Source: a bacterium
GTDB lineage: Bacteria; Patescibacteriota; UBA1384; CAILIB01
Direction of reading: 5' to 3'
Assembly (NCBI GenBank): GCA_037131105.1
Contig: JBAXRQ010000001.1
Coordinates: forward strand, 2,039 to 66,038
Length of the DNA: 64,000 nucleotides
The position numbers and the translations under genes were made by a program. Below, piece by piece: positions 45,704-55,172 of this stretch (its first letter is position 1; the number at the start of each line of letters is the position of its first letter). The notes beneath the pieces were generated by a model that saw nothing but the letters and a program-made list of their open reading frames with translations, was not told where the DNA came from and did not search any database.

Positions 45704-45779
45704 ACTTCTGTATTGTACATCGAAAGGCAGGAGGCCTGCTGCTTTGTATTTTCTCAGGAACTTATCATATACTATCTGT

Positions 45780-46133
45780 ATGCAATCAGCCCGCTATCAC
45801 ATTGTGCTCGACCTCCAGGAGGTATCGACCGAGAAGGTGAATGACGCCGTCGGACTGGAAGGTTTTCTCAAGAAACTCCCAGGACTTATCGGCATGAGCA
45901 TCCTGCACGGACCTGTTATCAAGGAGGGAATTCCAGAGAATCCTGGGATTACCGGCTTTGTGGTGATCGACTATTCCCACATCTCAGTGCATACGTTCTC
46001 AAAGTACAACGAGGCGCTCATCGACATTTTCTCCTGCAAGCCCTACGACCAGGAGTTTGCCATGAAGGTGACTCTTGAGTACTTCGGGTCTTCTGCCAAG
46101 GCCGCCCGCACCCAGGTCGTTAACTGGGAGTAG
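45780..46133 (+). CDS. S-adenosylmethionine decarboxylase proenzyme family (pyruvoyl)
   Basis: H.VLD, GITGFVVIDYSHISVHTF, DIFSCK. Confidence 0.85.
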   Translation: MQSARYHIVLDLQEVSTEKVNDAVGLEGFLKKLPGLIGMSILHGPVIKEGIPENPGITGFVVIDYSHISVHTFSKYNEALIDIFSCKPYDQEFAMKVTLEYFGSSAKAARTQVVNWE

Positions 46134-46209
46134 CCGTTCCCCGAGTATCTTTTAAGCCTGTTCTCAGGCTTACTTGGTAGTGTAGCCGCATATAGCTAAC
46201 ACTATTTCT

Positions 46210-46677
46210 ATGGAACCAGGTACGGAACAGCCAAAGGAGACAAAAGTGAAGACCGTAGTGAGGCCATGGTCAGGTACCGGCGTAGTAATCGGGGGAGTGG
46301 TGCTTGTTGTATTGGTATTCTCTCTTGGTGCTTTCGCCTCTCGTTCACATATGGCCCGCACAGCATGGATGGAGGGTCCTGGCTTGCGGGAAGCCGGTGT
46401 GAGGCCCATGGGTGGCCAGAGAATGATGGGGGGACGTCAGCGTCCTGATCGACAGGACGACCGTGTCCTTGGGGCCGTTACGGCAGTTTCAGGCAGCAGC
46501 ATTACCCTGCGGGTCTCCGGTGCCAGCCAAACCGTAGCGGTTGCCAGCACTACCTCGTTTTATAAGCAGGGGGCTATTGCTAAGCAGAGCGATCTCCAGG
46601 TCAGTGACGTAGTTGTGGTCTTCGGTGCTCCTGATAGCAGTGGTACTATCCAGGCCCAGTCTGTGGAGATACAGTAG
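46210..46677 (+). CDS. Membrane-anchored DUF5666-like OB-fold protein
   Basis: TM then G.VTAVSG.SIT, SDLQV.D.V.V.G...G.I.A..V. Confidence 0.7.
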   Translation: MEPGTEQPKETKVKTVVRPWSGTGVVIGGVVLVVLVFSLGAFASRSHMARTAWMEGPGLREAGVRPMGGQRMMGGRQRPDRQDDRVLGAVTAVSGSSITLRVSGASQTVAVASTTSFYKQGAIAKQSDLQVSDVVVVFGAPDSSGTIQAQSVEIQ

Positions 46678-46746
46678 GTCGACGTATTGCTTGGAGGGCA
46701 GATAAGGTGTTGTATAGGGCTAGTTTATTAGCCTAAGCACCCTTGT

Positions 46747-47166
46747 ATGTCGTCTGGAACACATCCGCTCTCTTCAGGTGTGAATGGTGTCACGCGGGGA
46801 TTGGTGGCCCAGTTTCTTGTAGGTGTCGCTCTCGCCACTTTTGGTGAGTTCGATCCTGACGCTGCTTCCCAGAGCATTTCCCATAACATCTTCTTCGGTC
46901 TGCATGTACTGATAGCTCTGTCGCTGGTAGTGGGCGCATTGATACTCTGGTTTCAGGCCCGTAGCCTCGGTGTAGCCTCTCTAAAGGGTCGGGCCTCAGC
47001 CGGCTTGGCATCAGTAGTGCTTGCCCTTGTCGGGGGCGTCATGATCATGGGCTCTTCTGACTTTGAGCATCTGTCTATCTTTGTTATGTCGGTAGGCTTT
47101 ATCCTGGCCCTGCTCATCTATGGGTACTGGGCTGTCGAGCTGAGCCTGGCGGGTAAAAAGAGTTGA
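46747..47166 (+). CDS. 4-TM hypothetical membrane protein
   Basis: Four hydrophobic helices with conserved-looking His residues. Confidence 0.7.
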   Translation: MSSGTHPLSSGVNGVTRGLVAQFLVGVALATFGEFDPDAASQSISHNIFFGLHVLIALSLVVGALILWFQARSLGVASLKGRASAGLASVVLALVGGVMIMGSSDFEHLSIFVMSVGFILALLIYGYWAVELSLAGKKS

Positions 47167-47188
47167 AGAATAACAGGGATTGAGCACA

Positions 47189-47227
47189 AAACAACCTATA
47201 CATCGAGTATCGATGTATAGGTTGTTT
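47189..47227. terminator. Bidirectional terminator
   Basis: aaacaacctatacatcga-gta-tcgatgtataggttgttt. Confidence 0.75.
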
Positions 47228-47244
47228 ATATGGCTCTGTAAGTA

Positions 47245-49176
47245 TTAATAGTGCTTGTTGGCTTGCCAGAATACCCAGGCCTTGGACGGCGTACCATAGC
47301 GTGCCTTGACGTACTGTACCCCCCAGCGGATCTGATTGCCGATGGCCTGGTAGGGCTCGCCGGTAAGAGCAGTGGACTGGTACTTGTTGCAAGGATTGGC
47401 CTGGAAGAGTCCGCAGGCACCCGAGCTCGAGTTGGTAGCCGCCACCGTCCAGCCGCTCTCATGCTCAATGATATTGAAGAGGGGGTCGCATTCCTTAGTG
47501 GTGCCCCAGACTCTAAGTACTGCCTGGCAGATATCGTCGTGCAGGTCTCCTTCAGTGGCGGGTAGGTGGATGTCGCGCTGACTGAAGCTGTCCAGGGAGA
47601 GGACGGCAGTGTTGTTGTCGACGATGTCTGGGGGATAGGCAGCGCCTTTGTAATTTATGATTCTGACTTGAACCTTTGAAGAGCCTGCCGCCAGGTAGTC
47701 GCCGTAGCTCAGATGGGTGGAGCCATCATTGCCAAAGACGTAGCGGCCGTTGGAATCGGCGGTGGTAGTAAGTACCTTGGCCCCGTTTGAATCCGGGCAG
47801 CCGGCTGTAGCTGAGACGGCCTCAGGAGTGAGAAACAGGCAGATACGACTGCCATTGGTAAGGAACCCACCTGGGGTCTTACCGACGTCGGCGATACGGA
47901 CTGACCCTCCCAGTTCAAGTCGTTGGCCTTGGATGGTGCCGTTTGTAAGGGTGGCTGCCGTTACGGTTCCGGCGGGCATGGGTCCTGGTGTTCCAAAGTA
48001 ATAGTCATAGCCGGGGTCGTCCTTCTTGGGCTTGGCGGGGTCATAATTGGCAAGCTTCACCACAACTTTATCCTGGGTACATCCTGAAAGATCATTCTGG
48101 GCGTCTGCTAGGCCGACTATCGCTTTGCCTTTCTTATCAGTTATCCGTGCCAGTACAGGTGGTACTAGGGAGGTGGTTGGGTCGGAGCAACTGAAGGCGA
48201 CGGCCATCCCGGGGAGTGGCGTAGAGAGAGCGGCGCCTGTCACATCGTAACTGGTAATGCTAACCTGGGTGCCTACTCCTTGCCAGGAGCCGGCAAAAGC
48301 CAACCGGGCGGGTTCCGGACGGTTCTGGAAACTGATGACTGTCGGATCGGTTGGGGCGTAGAGGTAATTATAGCTGGGGGTTCCGCTTATCCAACGCCCG
48401 TTCTCATCTTTCTGAACCTGGACTTGGGCAGTCAGAGGTTGGGTGCCGCACTGCAGCTTCTCATAACCTGCAAACGAGAACCATGAATTGCCGTTGCCTT
48501 CAGTGACCATGGTATCTTGCGAGGCGCCGCAGGAGACGGTAATAAGGGAGCTGCCGCCCGGATGGGTCGCCCCATTCTCGTCGATCACCTGGACTGACAT
48601 TCTGAAGCCGGGCTCACCCTTAACTAGGAAGGCTGTGGTAAGTGCCTGGAAGAGGCCTGGCTGGGAGACACCCTGGCTGAGCGAGGTGGTAGTAAGGTCG
48701 AGGGCTAGATAGCTTTGGTAGAAGTTGCTGTAGCCACCGTAGAGAGCGGCAATGGCCTTGGATCGTTCGCCGCCGTCGCTCAGAGGTTTGCTGCCCCCGT
48801 CTGAGATCACCGGATAATAGGCATGTACTACCAAAGCGTAGAGGCCGTCTGACTGGCTGACCGTACGCAGCTCGCATTCAACCGGCTGGGTGGCGGCTGC
48901 AGAAGTAACCTGGTTGATCTGGCTCTGCAGCTTTATGCCTTCGAGCCCGCCTACTGCCTGCTTGGCTTGGTCACAGGTGGTTATTGACTGGTCGTTAGTG
49001 GGGCAGCGATGGCCACCGCTGCTGAAGTCTCGAGCGGTGGAGCAGACTGCTACACCCTGCATGCCAAGAATATCAGAGGCACCGCTTTTGCGATGGTAAT
49101 AGGAATAGCCGAGGATGCCGCCGACCAGGGCGACAAAGATGAGGGCGATGAGAAGACGGAGGGTAGTGCGGTGCAT
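47245..49176 (-). CDS. Membrane-anchored extracellular protein with C-terminal lytic transglycosylase (SLT-like) domain
   Basis: N-terminal TM; IIEHESGW..ATNSSSGACGLFQA.P, NQIRWG..Y.KARYG; likely start MHRTT. Confidence 0.82.
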   Translation of the reverse strand: MHRTTLRLLIALIFVALVGGILGYSYYHRKSGASDILGMQGVAVCSTARDFSSGGHRCPTNDQSITTCDQAKQAVGGLEGIKLQSQINQVTSAAATQPVECELRTVSQSDGLYALVVHAYYPVISDGGSKPLSDGGERSKAIAALYGGYSNFYQSYLALDLTTTSLSQGVSQPGLFQALTTAFLVKGEPGFRMSVQVIDENGATHPGGSSLITVSCGASQDTMVTEGNGNSWFSFAGYEKLQCGTQPLTAQVQVQKDENGRWISGTPSYNYLYAPTDPTVISFQNRPEPARLAFAGSWQGVGTQVSITSYDVTGAALSTPLPGMAVAFSCSDPTTSLVPPVLARITDKKGKAIVGLADAQNDLSGCTQDKVVVKLANYDPAKPKKDDPGYDYYFGTPGPMPAGTVTAATLTNGTIQGQRLELGGSVRIADVGKTPGGFLTNGSRICLFLTPEAVSATAGCPDSNGAKVLTTTADSNGRYVFGNDGSTHLSYGDYLAAGSSKVQVRIINYKGAAYPPDIVDNNTAVLSLDSFSQRDIHLPATEGDLHDDICQAVLRVWGTTKECDPLFNIIEHESGWTVAATNSSSGACGLFQANPCNKYQSTALTGEPYQAIGNQIRWGVQYVKARYGTPSKAWVFWQANKHY

Positions 49177-49383
49177 CGTCGCGTATAGGTATAGTCCATA
49201 AAAGTATACCTTGCTGAGCAGTCTGGTTTCAATCTCGAACATCTCGTTACAGGTCTGAATGGCGTGATTGAAGCTGAAGACCCCGTGCCATGACAGGAGA
49301 GTTTATAGAATCTGACGGCTACCAGAGCATCCGCTGAGCAGTCGGTATTGTGGGTCATGATATACCGGAGGTATACTTGATAT

Positions 49384-51369
49384 ATGCTTTCATTTGAAAC
49401 TCAAGCTTTTGCCGCACCACCTGCCGTAGTCGAAGCACCACCTCCTATCGTGGTGGAGACTAAGCGCGATCTTCCCGACATGCCTTCGGCTACCGTCGGC
49501 ACCTCTGGTGGAGACGCTGGGTATGCCTTTGAAGCCAAGACCCCTGATGCTGCGGCTGAGTCAGTTCCTGCCCCGGCCGCTGCCGTGGATGATGTCTGGG
49601 GTCGTCTTCCAGGCGGAATTAAAAAGGTTGATAGCGCTGAGCTGGGTGCACTAGCTGACCAGGAGGCAAAGAAAGACCTTGCCGGCTTGCCCACCATTGA
49701 TGTGCGTCAGCCGGCAGAAGCTGCTCAAGCACCCGTTGAGGCAGCAGCTGTTACTCCGCCGGCTTCCGAGTTCAAGCTGGCTCCCCTCGAAACATTACCT
49801 GCTGCTGGTCAGCCGGCTTCCGAGTTCAAGCTAGCCTCTGTTGAGCCGCTGCCTGCGATGCCAAGGCCAACGACCGAGGTGCCCCCTACTGAGCAGACTA
49901 CAACCATTCGTCCCGCTGTCGAGGCAGCTCCCCAGGTCTCTCCTGAGCAGGTGGCCGTTGCTACTCCTGAAGCTCAGGCTGGCCAGAATCAGCCTCCTCT
50001 TACCGCTGAAGCTTCTGCAGTACGTCCTGAGGCCAGTTTGTCTGAGCGGTTCACCACCATTAAGCAGGAGCTTACCACTCTTGGAAAAGATGCCGCCTCT
50101 GCGGCGGTCCAGAACGCCATAAGCGTGCTCAGGGACAAGACCATCGGGCGCCTTGAAGGATTGGCAGGCACAGTCAAAAATCATGACACAGTAAAGGCGA
50201 TAGTCGAATTGAATAACAGGGTCGCCAGGGCTGAGTTGGCAGTACGTGAGATCATGAGCGGCCGAGACAAGATGAAAGGGGAGATCGCTGATTCCAGTAA
50301 GCCACTGAGCGAGACCTTGAAAGACCCGGCTGCCGAAACTCCGGTGCCTGCGGCGGAGCGGCCTGCCAGTAAAAGTCCTGAAAATGCTGTCGTCACGCCT
50401 GAAAGGCTTCAGCAGGAAGTCGCCGCCGCAAAGGCAGAGCGGATCAAGAGTCCTGAAAGTCTTGAGCGAGGCACTGGTTGGAATGACTCGAAGCAGATGC
50501 TGCGTATTGCTAGCTTCCTCGAAAAAGAGGGCATGAGTGATGCACTTGAGGGTGTGTTGGCGGCAAAGCACGGACCTGAGATCGCTGCCCAGATGATGGA
50601 CTACCATGATCTGGTGAAGGCAGGCGTAGAGTCAGGCGATCTGAGCGAGGAGGACGTCGAGATGCTGCTGGCCGGCGAGTTTGACAGGCTTACCTCGGGG
50701 AACGAGGGAGAGGAAGAATCTGGTGCTGAGGGAGGGACTGAAGGTGCCGAAGGAGAACAGGCAGCTTCCGGTGTCGGCCAGGAACAAGGGGTGGCCACGA
50801 CGGGCACCAGATCGGCTGAGCGTCGGCCGCGCCGTGAAAGAAGTCGAACTCCTGAAAACAGGGAGCTTCCTAAGGGTAAAACCGAGGCCGAGTATGCAAA
50901 CATGGACCTTAGTTCATTGAGTCAGGCTACCGTGAAAGAACAGGCCCGTCTTTCCGAGCTGCTCCAGTCCGAGCAGGGCCTTTCTACAGTTACCACTCAT
51001 AATCAAGTCGGCAGACAGTACGATACTCGCTATGACTATCCAGAAGGGGCTGGCAAGGCTCAGATCAAGCAGGCTCTAAAAATGCGCAGCAACGAAAGTA
51101 GGATGTTCAACTTGATGGCAGGGACTGAGTCATTGGAGAATGAGAACAAGGCTGACGCATTCACCCGGGCCGCCACCGCTGAGTTTGAGAGCGACGGTCT
51201 GGACGTTACCGTGAGTGCCGATCCTGAGTTGAAGAGCTTCCAGAATGCCAAGGTGAAGATGATACAGGAGGGCGGAGCTATCAGGGTCGAAATCAGACAG
51301 CCTGATTCCGGTGCCGAGAGCTATGTAGGTAGTATGGACATCAAGACCAGCTTTGATAAGAACATCTGA
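49384..51369 (+). CDS. Large Pro/Ala/Glu-rich hypothetical protein
   Basis: 661-aa ORF; internal repeat PASEFKLA x2; -10 box 6 nt upstream. Confidence 0.75.
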   Translation: MLSFETQAFAAPPAVVEAPPPIVVETKRDLPDMPSATVGTSGGDAGYAFEAKTPDAAAESVPAPAAAVDDVWGRLPGGIKKVDSAELGALADQEAKKDLAGLPTIDVRQPAEAAQAPVEAAAVTPPASEFKLAPLETLPAAGQPASEFKLASVEPLPAMPRPTTEVPPTEQTTTIRPAVEAAPQVSPEQVAVATPEAQAGQNQPPLTAEASAVRPEASLSERFTTIKQELTTLGKDAASAAVQNAISVLRDKTIGRLEGLAGTVKNHDTVKAIVELNNRVARAELAVREIMSGRDKMKGEIADSSKPLSETLKDPAAETPVPAAERPASKSPENAVVTPERLQQEVAAAKAERIKSPESLERGTGWNDSKQMLRIASFLEKEGMSDALEGVLAAKHGPEIAAQMMDYHDLVKAGVESGDLSEEDVEMLLAGEFDRLTSGNEGEEESGAEGGTEGAEGEQAASGVGQEQGVATTGTRSAERRPRRERSRTPENRELPKGKTEAEYANMDLSSLSQATVKEQARLSELLQSEQGLSTVTTHNQVGRQYDTRYDYPEGAGKAQIKQALKMRSNESRMFNLMAGTESLENENKADAFTRAATAEFESDGLDVTVSADPELKSFQNAKVKMIQEGGAIRVEIRQPDSGAESYVGSMDIKTSFDKNI

Positions 51370-51371
51370 CC

Positions 51372-51632
51372 ATGGCAACCACCTACCAAGAAGCCTTGCG
51401 GGCCCATCTGAGAGAGTTTAATAAGACTCTACCTGAGAGTATGCCCGAGGAAGAGCGCCGTGCGGCCTTACTTGCAGAGATCGACCGTTTCACCGAGGCT
51501 GACGCACTCAAGGTGCTGGACGAGACCAATGAGGTGTTGAACAGTGGGTACGACCATGTGGTGGCACTGAAGGCACAGGGGGATGTGCAGGCGGAGCAGG
51601 ACCAGCTGGCCGAAGTCAGACAGAGCTTGTAG
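51372..51632 (+). CDS. Small helical hypothetical protein
   Basis: Starts 2 bp after the preceding stop. Confidence 0.65.
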   Translation: MATTYQEALRAHLREFNKTLPESMPEEERRAALLAEIDRFTEADALKVLDETNEVLNSGYDHVVALKAQGDVQAEQDQLAEVRQSL

Positions 51633-51722
51633 TTGAAGGGGAGCAGACTGTAGGAGCTTATTATTTCAAACCTGCTGAAAAAAGCCTGGACATAGTTCAA
51701 GCTTAGACGGTACCATATACCT

Positions 51723-52142
51723 ATGATTTCAGCCCTCCTTTCCTTATTGGTTCCCACCGCCCATGCTGGTCAATCTCCTCCCGCCCATGCTGGTCAATCT
51801 CCTCTAGTGGGCGCTATTACTCCAGCAGGCAATTTTTCCTCAACGGGCATTACCGGGGGGCTGGTCGGAGGTATTACCACTATCGCCGGTACCGCAATCA
51901 CTGTCATCACCCTCATAGCTGGTGTACTTGCAGTAGTCTATCTGATCTGGTCCGGTATCCAGTACATCACCTCGGCCGGCAACGCTGACAAGGCCAAGGT
52001 AGCCCGTCAGGGCATCATCAACGCCGTCATCGGCATCGCCATCATCGTGGCCACCTATTTCATCATCCGGGTCTCCATCGGTATCGGCAACCAGATCCAA
52101 GGTTCCGACGGTGCCACTACCCCTGGTACGGTAACCCATTAG
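51723..52142 (+). CDS. TrbC/VirB2-like pilin (CPR-type)
   Basis: AGVLAVVYLIWSGIQYITSAGNADKAKVARQGIINAVIGIAII. Confidence 0.85.
   Translation: MISALLSLLVPTAHAGQSPPAHAGQSPLVGAITPAGNFSSTGITGGLVGGITTIAGTAITVITLIAGVLAVVYLIWSGIQYITSAGNADKAKVARQGIINAVIGIAIIVATYFIIRVSIGIGNQIQGSDGATTPGTVTH
51757..51804 (+). repeat. Exact 24-bp tandem duplication within the pilin gene
   Basis: ccgcccatgctggtcaatctcctc x2. Confidence 0.95.
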
Positions 52143-54583
52143 ACGGCTCCTTTTCGCACTAGCTCCTCCAACCTCTCTACTGGAAGCGGTTCACTGAATA
52201 AGAATCCTTGGATAAGCTCACATCCGAGGGTTTTGACATATTCGAGCTGCTCACTGGTCTCTACTCCTTCAGCTACTACTTTCAGGCCAAGGCTGTGACC
52301 GATCGCCGAGATTGCCTTAACGATCTCAGCATCTTGGCGCGAGGTGACACAGCCCTTGATGAAGGAGTGGTCGATCTTCAGGGTGTTGATAGGGAGGTGC
52401 TTCAGGTAGTTTAAGGAAGAGTGGCCAGTGCCGAAGTCATCGATGGCCACATTAACCCCCATGGCGCGTAACTCCAGAAGGCGGGAGGTGGTCTCCTTGA
52501 TGTCGTGCATGGCAAAACTCTCGGTGACTTCAAGCTCGAGCAGTCCAGGCGGCATGCCGGTCTCCTTGACGATGGTGGAGATCTTCTCAACCAGGTTCTT
52601 TTGGGTAAATTGTCTGACCGAGACATTGACCGACATGGTGAGCGGGGGAAGTCCGGCCGCCTGCCACTGGACGCTTTGGCGACAGGCGGCCTTCATGATC
52701 CATTCGTTTAGGGGGATGATAAGTCCGTTCTCTTCAGCTAGAGGAATGAAGTCACCAGGGTGGATGAGGCCGATGTGGGGATGGTTCCAGCGGACCAGAG
52801 CCTCCACGCCAGCAACCTTCTCGGTGAGGGCATCGATGATCGGCTGATAGTAGAGGACGAACTCACCGCGGTCCAAGGCCAGGCGCAGCTCGCTTTCCAG
52901 GGTAAGGTTCTTATCTGCCTGCAGGTTCATCGTGGAGGTGTAGAACTGGTAGGTGTTGCGGCCCATGCCTTTGGCCTGGTAGAGGGCGGTGTCGGCATTC
53001 TTAAGCAGAGACTGTACGTCTTCCCCATCTTCAGGGTAAAGGGCGGCGCCCATGCTTACGTTGACATGCAATTGGTGCTCGTCAAAGACGAAGGGCTGGC
53101 GCATGGACTTGGCGATCTTCTTCATGATCTTCTGGCAGTCCTCAGCAGCGGTTATCTCCGGGAGTAGCAGGGTGAACTCATCGCCGTGGATGCGGGCAAT
53201 GCTGTCCTGTTTCCTGACGGCCTGAGCCAGACGCTGGGCCACTTCCTGCAATACCAGGTCGCCGCGGGCATGTCCTAGGGTATCGTTGATGCTCTTGAAC
53301 TTGTCCAGGTCAAGGTAGATCACCGCCAATCCCTGCTTCTTGCGCTTAGCACTGATGATGGCACGATCCAGCCGGTCACAGAACAGGGTGCGATTTGGTA
53401 GATCCGTAAGGGAGTCGTGCAAAGCCTGGTGTTCCATACTCTCCTCGCGTTCCTTTTGATCGGAAATGTCCTGCAGCACCTTGATGTAGCCGCGCAGCTT
53501 GCCGCGGCTGTTGAAGAGGGGGGTGGTGATGCCGCTGGCGAAGAAGAGGCTACCATCTTTGCGCTGGTGCCAGCTCTGCTCGGCGGATCGTCCTTCCTTT
53601 TCAGCTTTGATCAGCTGCTCTTCCGGGAGTTTTTTCTTTCGTCCTTCTGGAGAGAACAGCACTGAGACGTGCTTGCCTACCATTTCTTCTTCGTCGTAGC
53701 CGAGAATTCGCTCAGCCCCCTCATTCCAGCTGGCAATCTCACCGTTCTTCTTCAGGGTAAAGATGGCATAGTCTTTCACATTTTCAATGAGCAGACGGTA
53801 GTGCTCCTCGCTTCGTCGAAGGGTTTCCTCCATGCGCTTGCGTTCGGTAACGTCTCGGATTAATACGATGAGGTGTACGTGATTTCCAAACTGGCTTGCC
53901 TTGATAGAGGTGTCTAGGTCAATGCGGCGACCTGACTTATCTACAATAGTAACCTCAGGAAAGCTGCTCGGAGTTCCACCATTTGAACGATGCTCCATAC
54001 GAGCAATCACCGACTCTCGCTGCTCAGGAACCACATGATCCAGGATGAAGCCAAAATCGGTGATTTCGTTGGCAGCGTAGCCAGTGATACGCTCTACAGC
54101 TTCGTTAACATAGATCACCTCATTATCCTGGATAAGGACCACGCCTTCATTTAGGTCGCTTTGCGCACTTAGTAAGTTCTCGTAAAGAGCGTTAAGGCGC
54201 CGCATAGCCCGGTCTCTCTGCTGGTTTAGTTCACAGATAATGCTCAAGAGTGCTCCCTGACCAACAAAGGCTATTAGTTTCGTCTCGCCAATGATGTCAG
54301 ATAGTCCGTGTATTGGCTGGAAGTAGATGGCGGTAACTGTGACACAGATGAAGGTGGCAATGAGGCCAGGACCCAGACCTCCATACCAAGCTACAATGAT
54401 GACGGCCAGGAAGGCGTCGAGGAAGGAGGCGCTGAGATAGGGCTGAAATAGGTATTGGACAAGAAGAATCCCGCTACTTATCAGAATGGCCGCGCCGTAC
54501 CGCATGACGCGAGACGACTTGTAGTGGATGGTATCTAGCTTGTGCAGGAGATACTCTGGGTTGGAGGAATGAGTCGTAGCCAT
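52139..54583 (-). CDS. Membrane sensor - 2xPAS/PAC - GGDEF - EAL c-di-GMP enzyme
   Basis: DUF4118-like TMs, PAS, HDSLTDLPNR, RIHGDEF, EALVRW, DDFGTG, LKID, AEGVET. Confidence 0.93.
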   Translation of the reverse strand: MATTHSSNPEYLLHKLDTIHYKSSRVMRYGAAILISSGILLVQYLFQPYLSASFLDAFLAVIIVAWYGGLGPGLIATFICVTVTAIYFQPIHGLSDIIGETKLIAFVGQGALLSIICELNQQRDRAMRRLNALYENLLSAQSDLNEGVVLIQDNEVIYVNEAVERITGYAANEITDFGFILDHVVPEQRESVIARMEHRSNGGTPSSFPEVTIVDKSGRRIDLDTSIKASQFGNHVHLIVLIRDVTERKRMEETLRRSEEHYRLLIENVKDYAIFTLKKNGEIASWNEGAERILGYDEEEMVGKHVSVLFSPEGRKKKLPEEQLIKAEKEGRSAEQSWHQRKDGSLFFASGITTPLFNSRGKLRGYIKVLQDISDQKEREESMEHQALHDSLTDLPNRTLFCDRLDRAIISAKRKKQGLAVIYLDLDKFKSINDTLGHARGDLVLQEVAQRLAQAVRKQDSIARIHGDEFTLLLPEITAAEDCQKIMKKIAKSMRQPFVFDEHQLHVNVSMGAALYPEDGEDVQSLLKNADTALYQAKGMGRNTYQFYTSTMNLQADKNLTLESELRLALDRGEFVLYYQPIIDALTEKVAGVEALVRWNHPHIGLIHPGDFIPLAEENGLIIPLNEWIMKAACRQSVQWQAAGLPPLTMSVNVSVRQFTQKNLVEKISTIVKETGMPPGLLELEVTESFAMHDIKETTSRLLELRAMGVNVAIDDFGTGHSSLNYLKHLPINTLKIDHSFIKGCVTSRQDAEIVKAISAIGHSLGLKVVAEGVETSEQLEYVKTLGCELIQGFLFSEPLPVERLEELVRKGAV

Positions 54584-54792
54584 AAGATGAAAATTATGGG
54601 CTAAGGATAGCATATTATGCGGGGTTTGGTGGTAAGGGTTATTGTTGAGGTTGGAACAGGGGTGGTGGGCCTTGCTTTGGAAGGTGATTTCCCATAGTAT
54701 GTGACGACGGGCCGGGAGGGCCGGCTAACGTCCGAACGGAAACCTCCGCGCTGTCGGCGCGGCAGAGAGGACGATTCAATCTGAAGCGTTGC

Positions 54793-54868
54793 GCGCTCGT
54801 AGCTCAGGGGATAGAGCGTCTGGTTCCGGTCCAGAAGGCCGCAGGTTCGATTCCTGCCGGGCGCACCA
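54793..54868 (+). tRNA. tRNA-Arg(CCG)
   Basis: Anticodon arm TCTGG-TTCCGGT-CCAGA; 3' CCA. Confidence 0.93.
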
Positions 54869-55057
54869 GAGAAAAAGCACCAACAAATGTTGGTGCTTTT
54901 TCTCTGTCGCATTCGGCAGAAAGCGAAACCAGGTTCGTTCGCGCTCCCGGCGTAAGCAAGCGTAGCGTTGCAGACCGGGAAGCGTTGCCCGCAGGGCAAA
55001 TTCCTGCCGGGCGCACCAAAGAAAAAAGACTACCTTTCAGGTAGTCTTTTTTTCTTT
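54868..55057 (+). repeat. tRNA-Arg 3'-associated module
   Basis: Terminator 54868-54905; inverted T-arm copy 54914-54927 (12/14); 19-bp 3'-end copy 55000-55018; terminator 55018-55057. Confidence 0.85.
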
Positions 55058-55172
55058 GTCTTTGGTATTTAGAATGGAACAGAGTATTCAATATCTTGAC
55101 TACTCTGTTCCATCTCCCTGCGCGCCTAACTGCGACGTGCAGGGAAATGATGGATGTGGTGGTCGAGTCGGC

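Noticed and set aside
54700-54790. c-di-GMP riboswitch upstream of the GGDEF-EAL gene
   Set aside because: The GEMM consensus elements were not found on either strand; kept only as an unassigned structure.
54601-55091. ORFs overlapping tRNA-Arg (also those over tRNA-Ile, Val and Asn)
   Set aside because: They are incidental frames across tRNAs and terminators.
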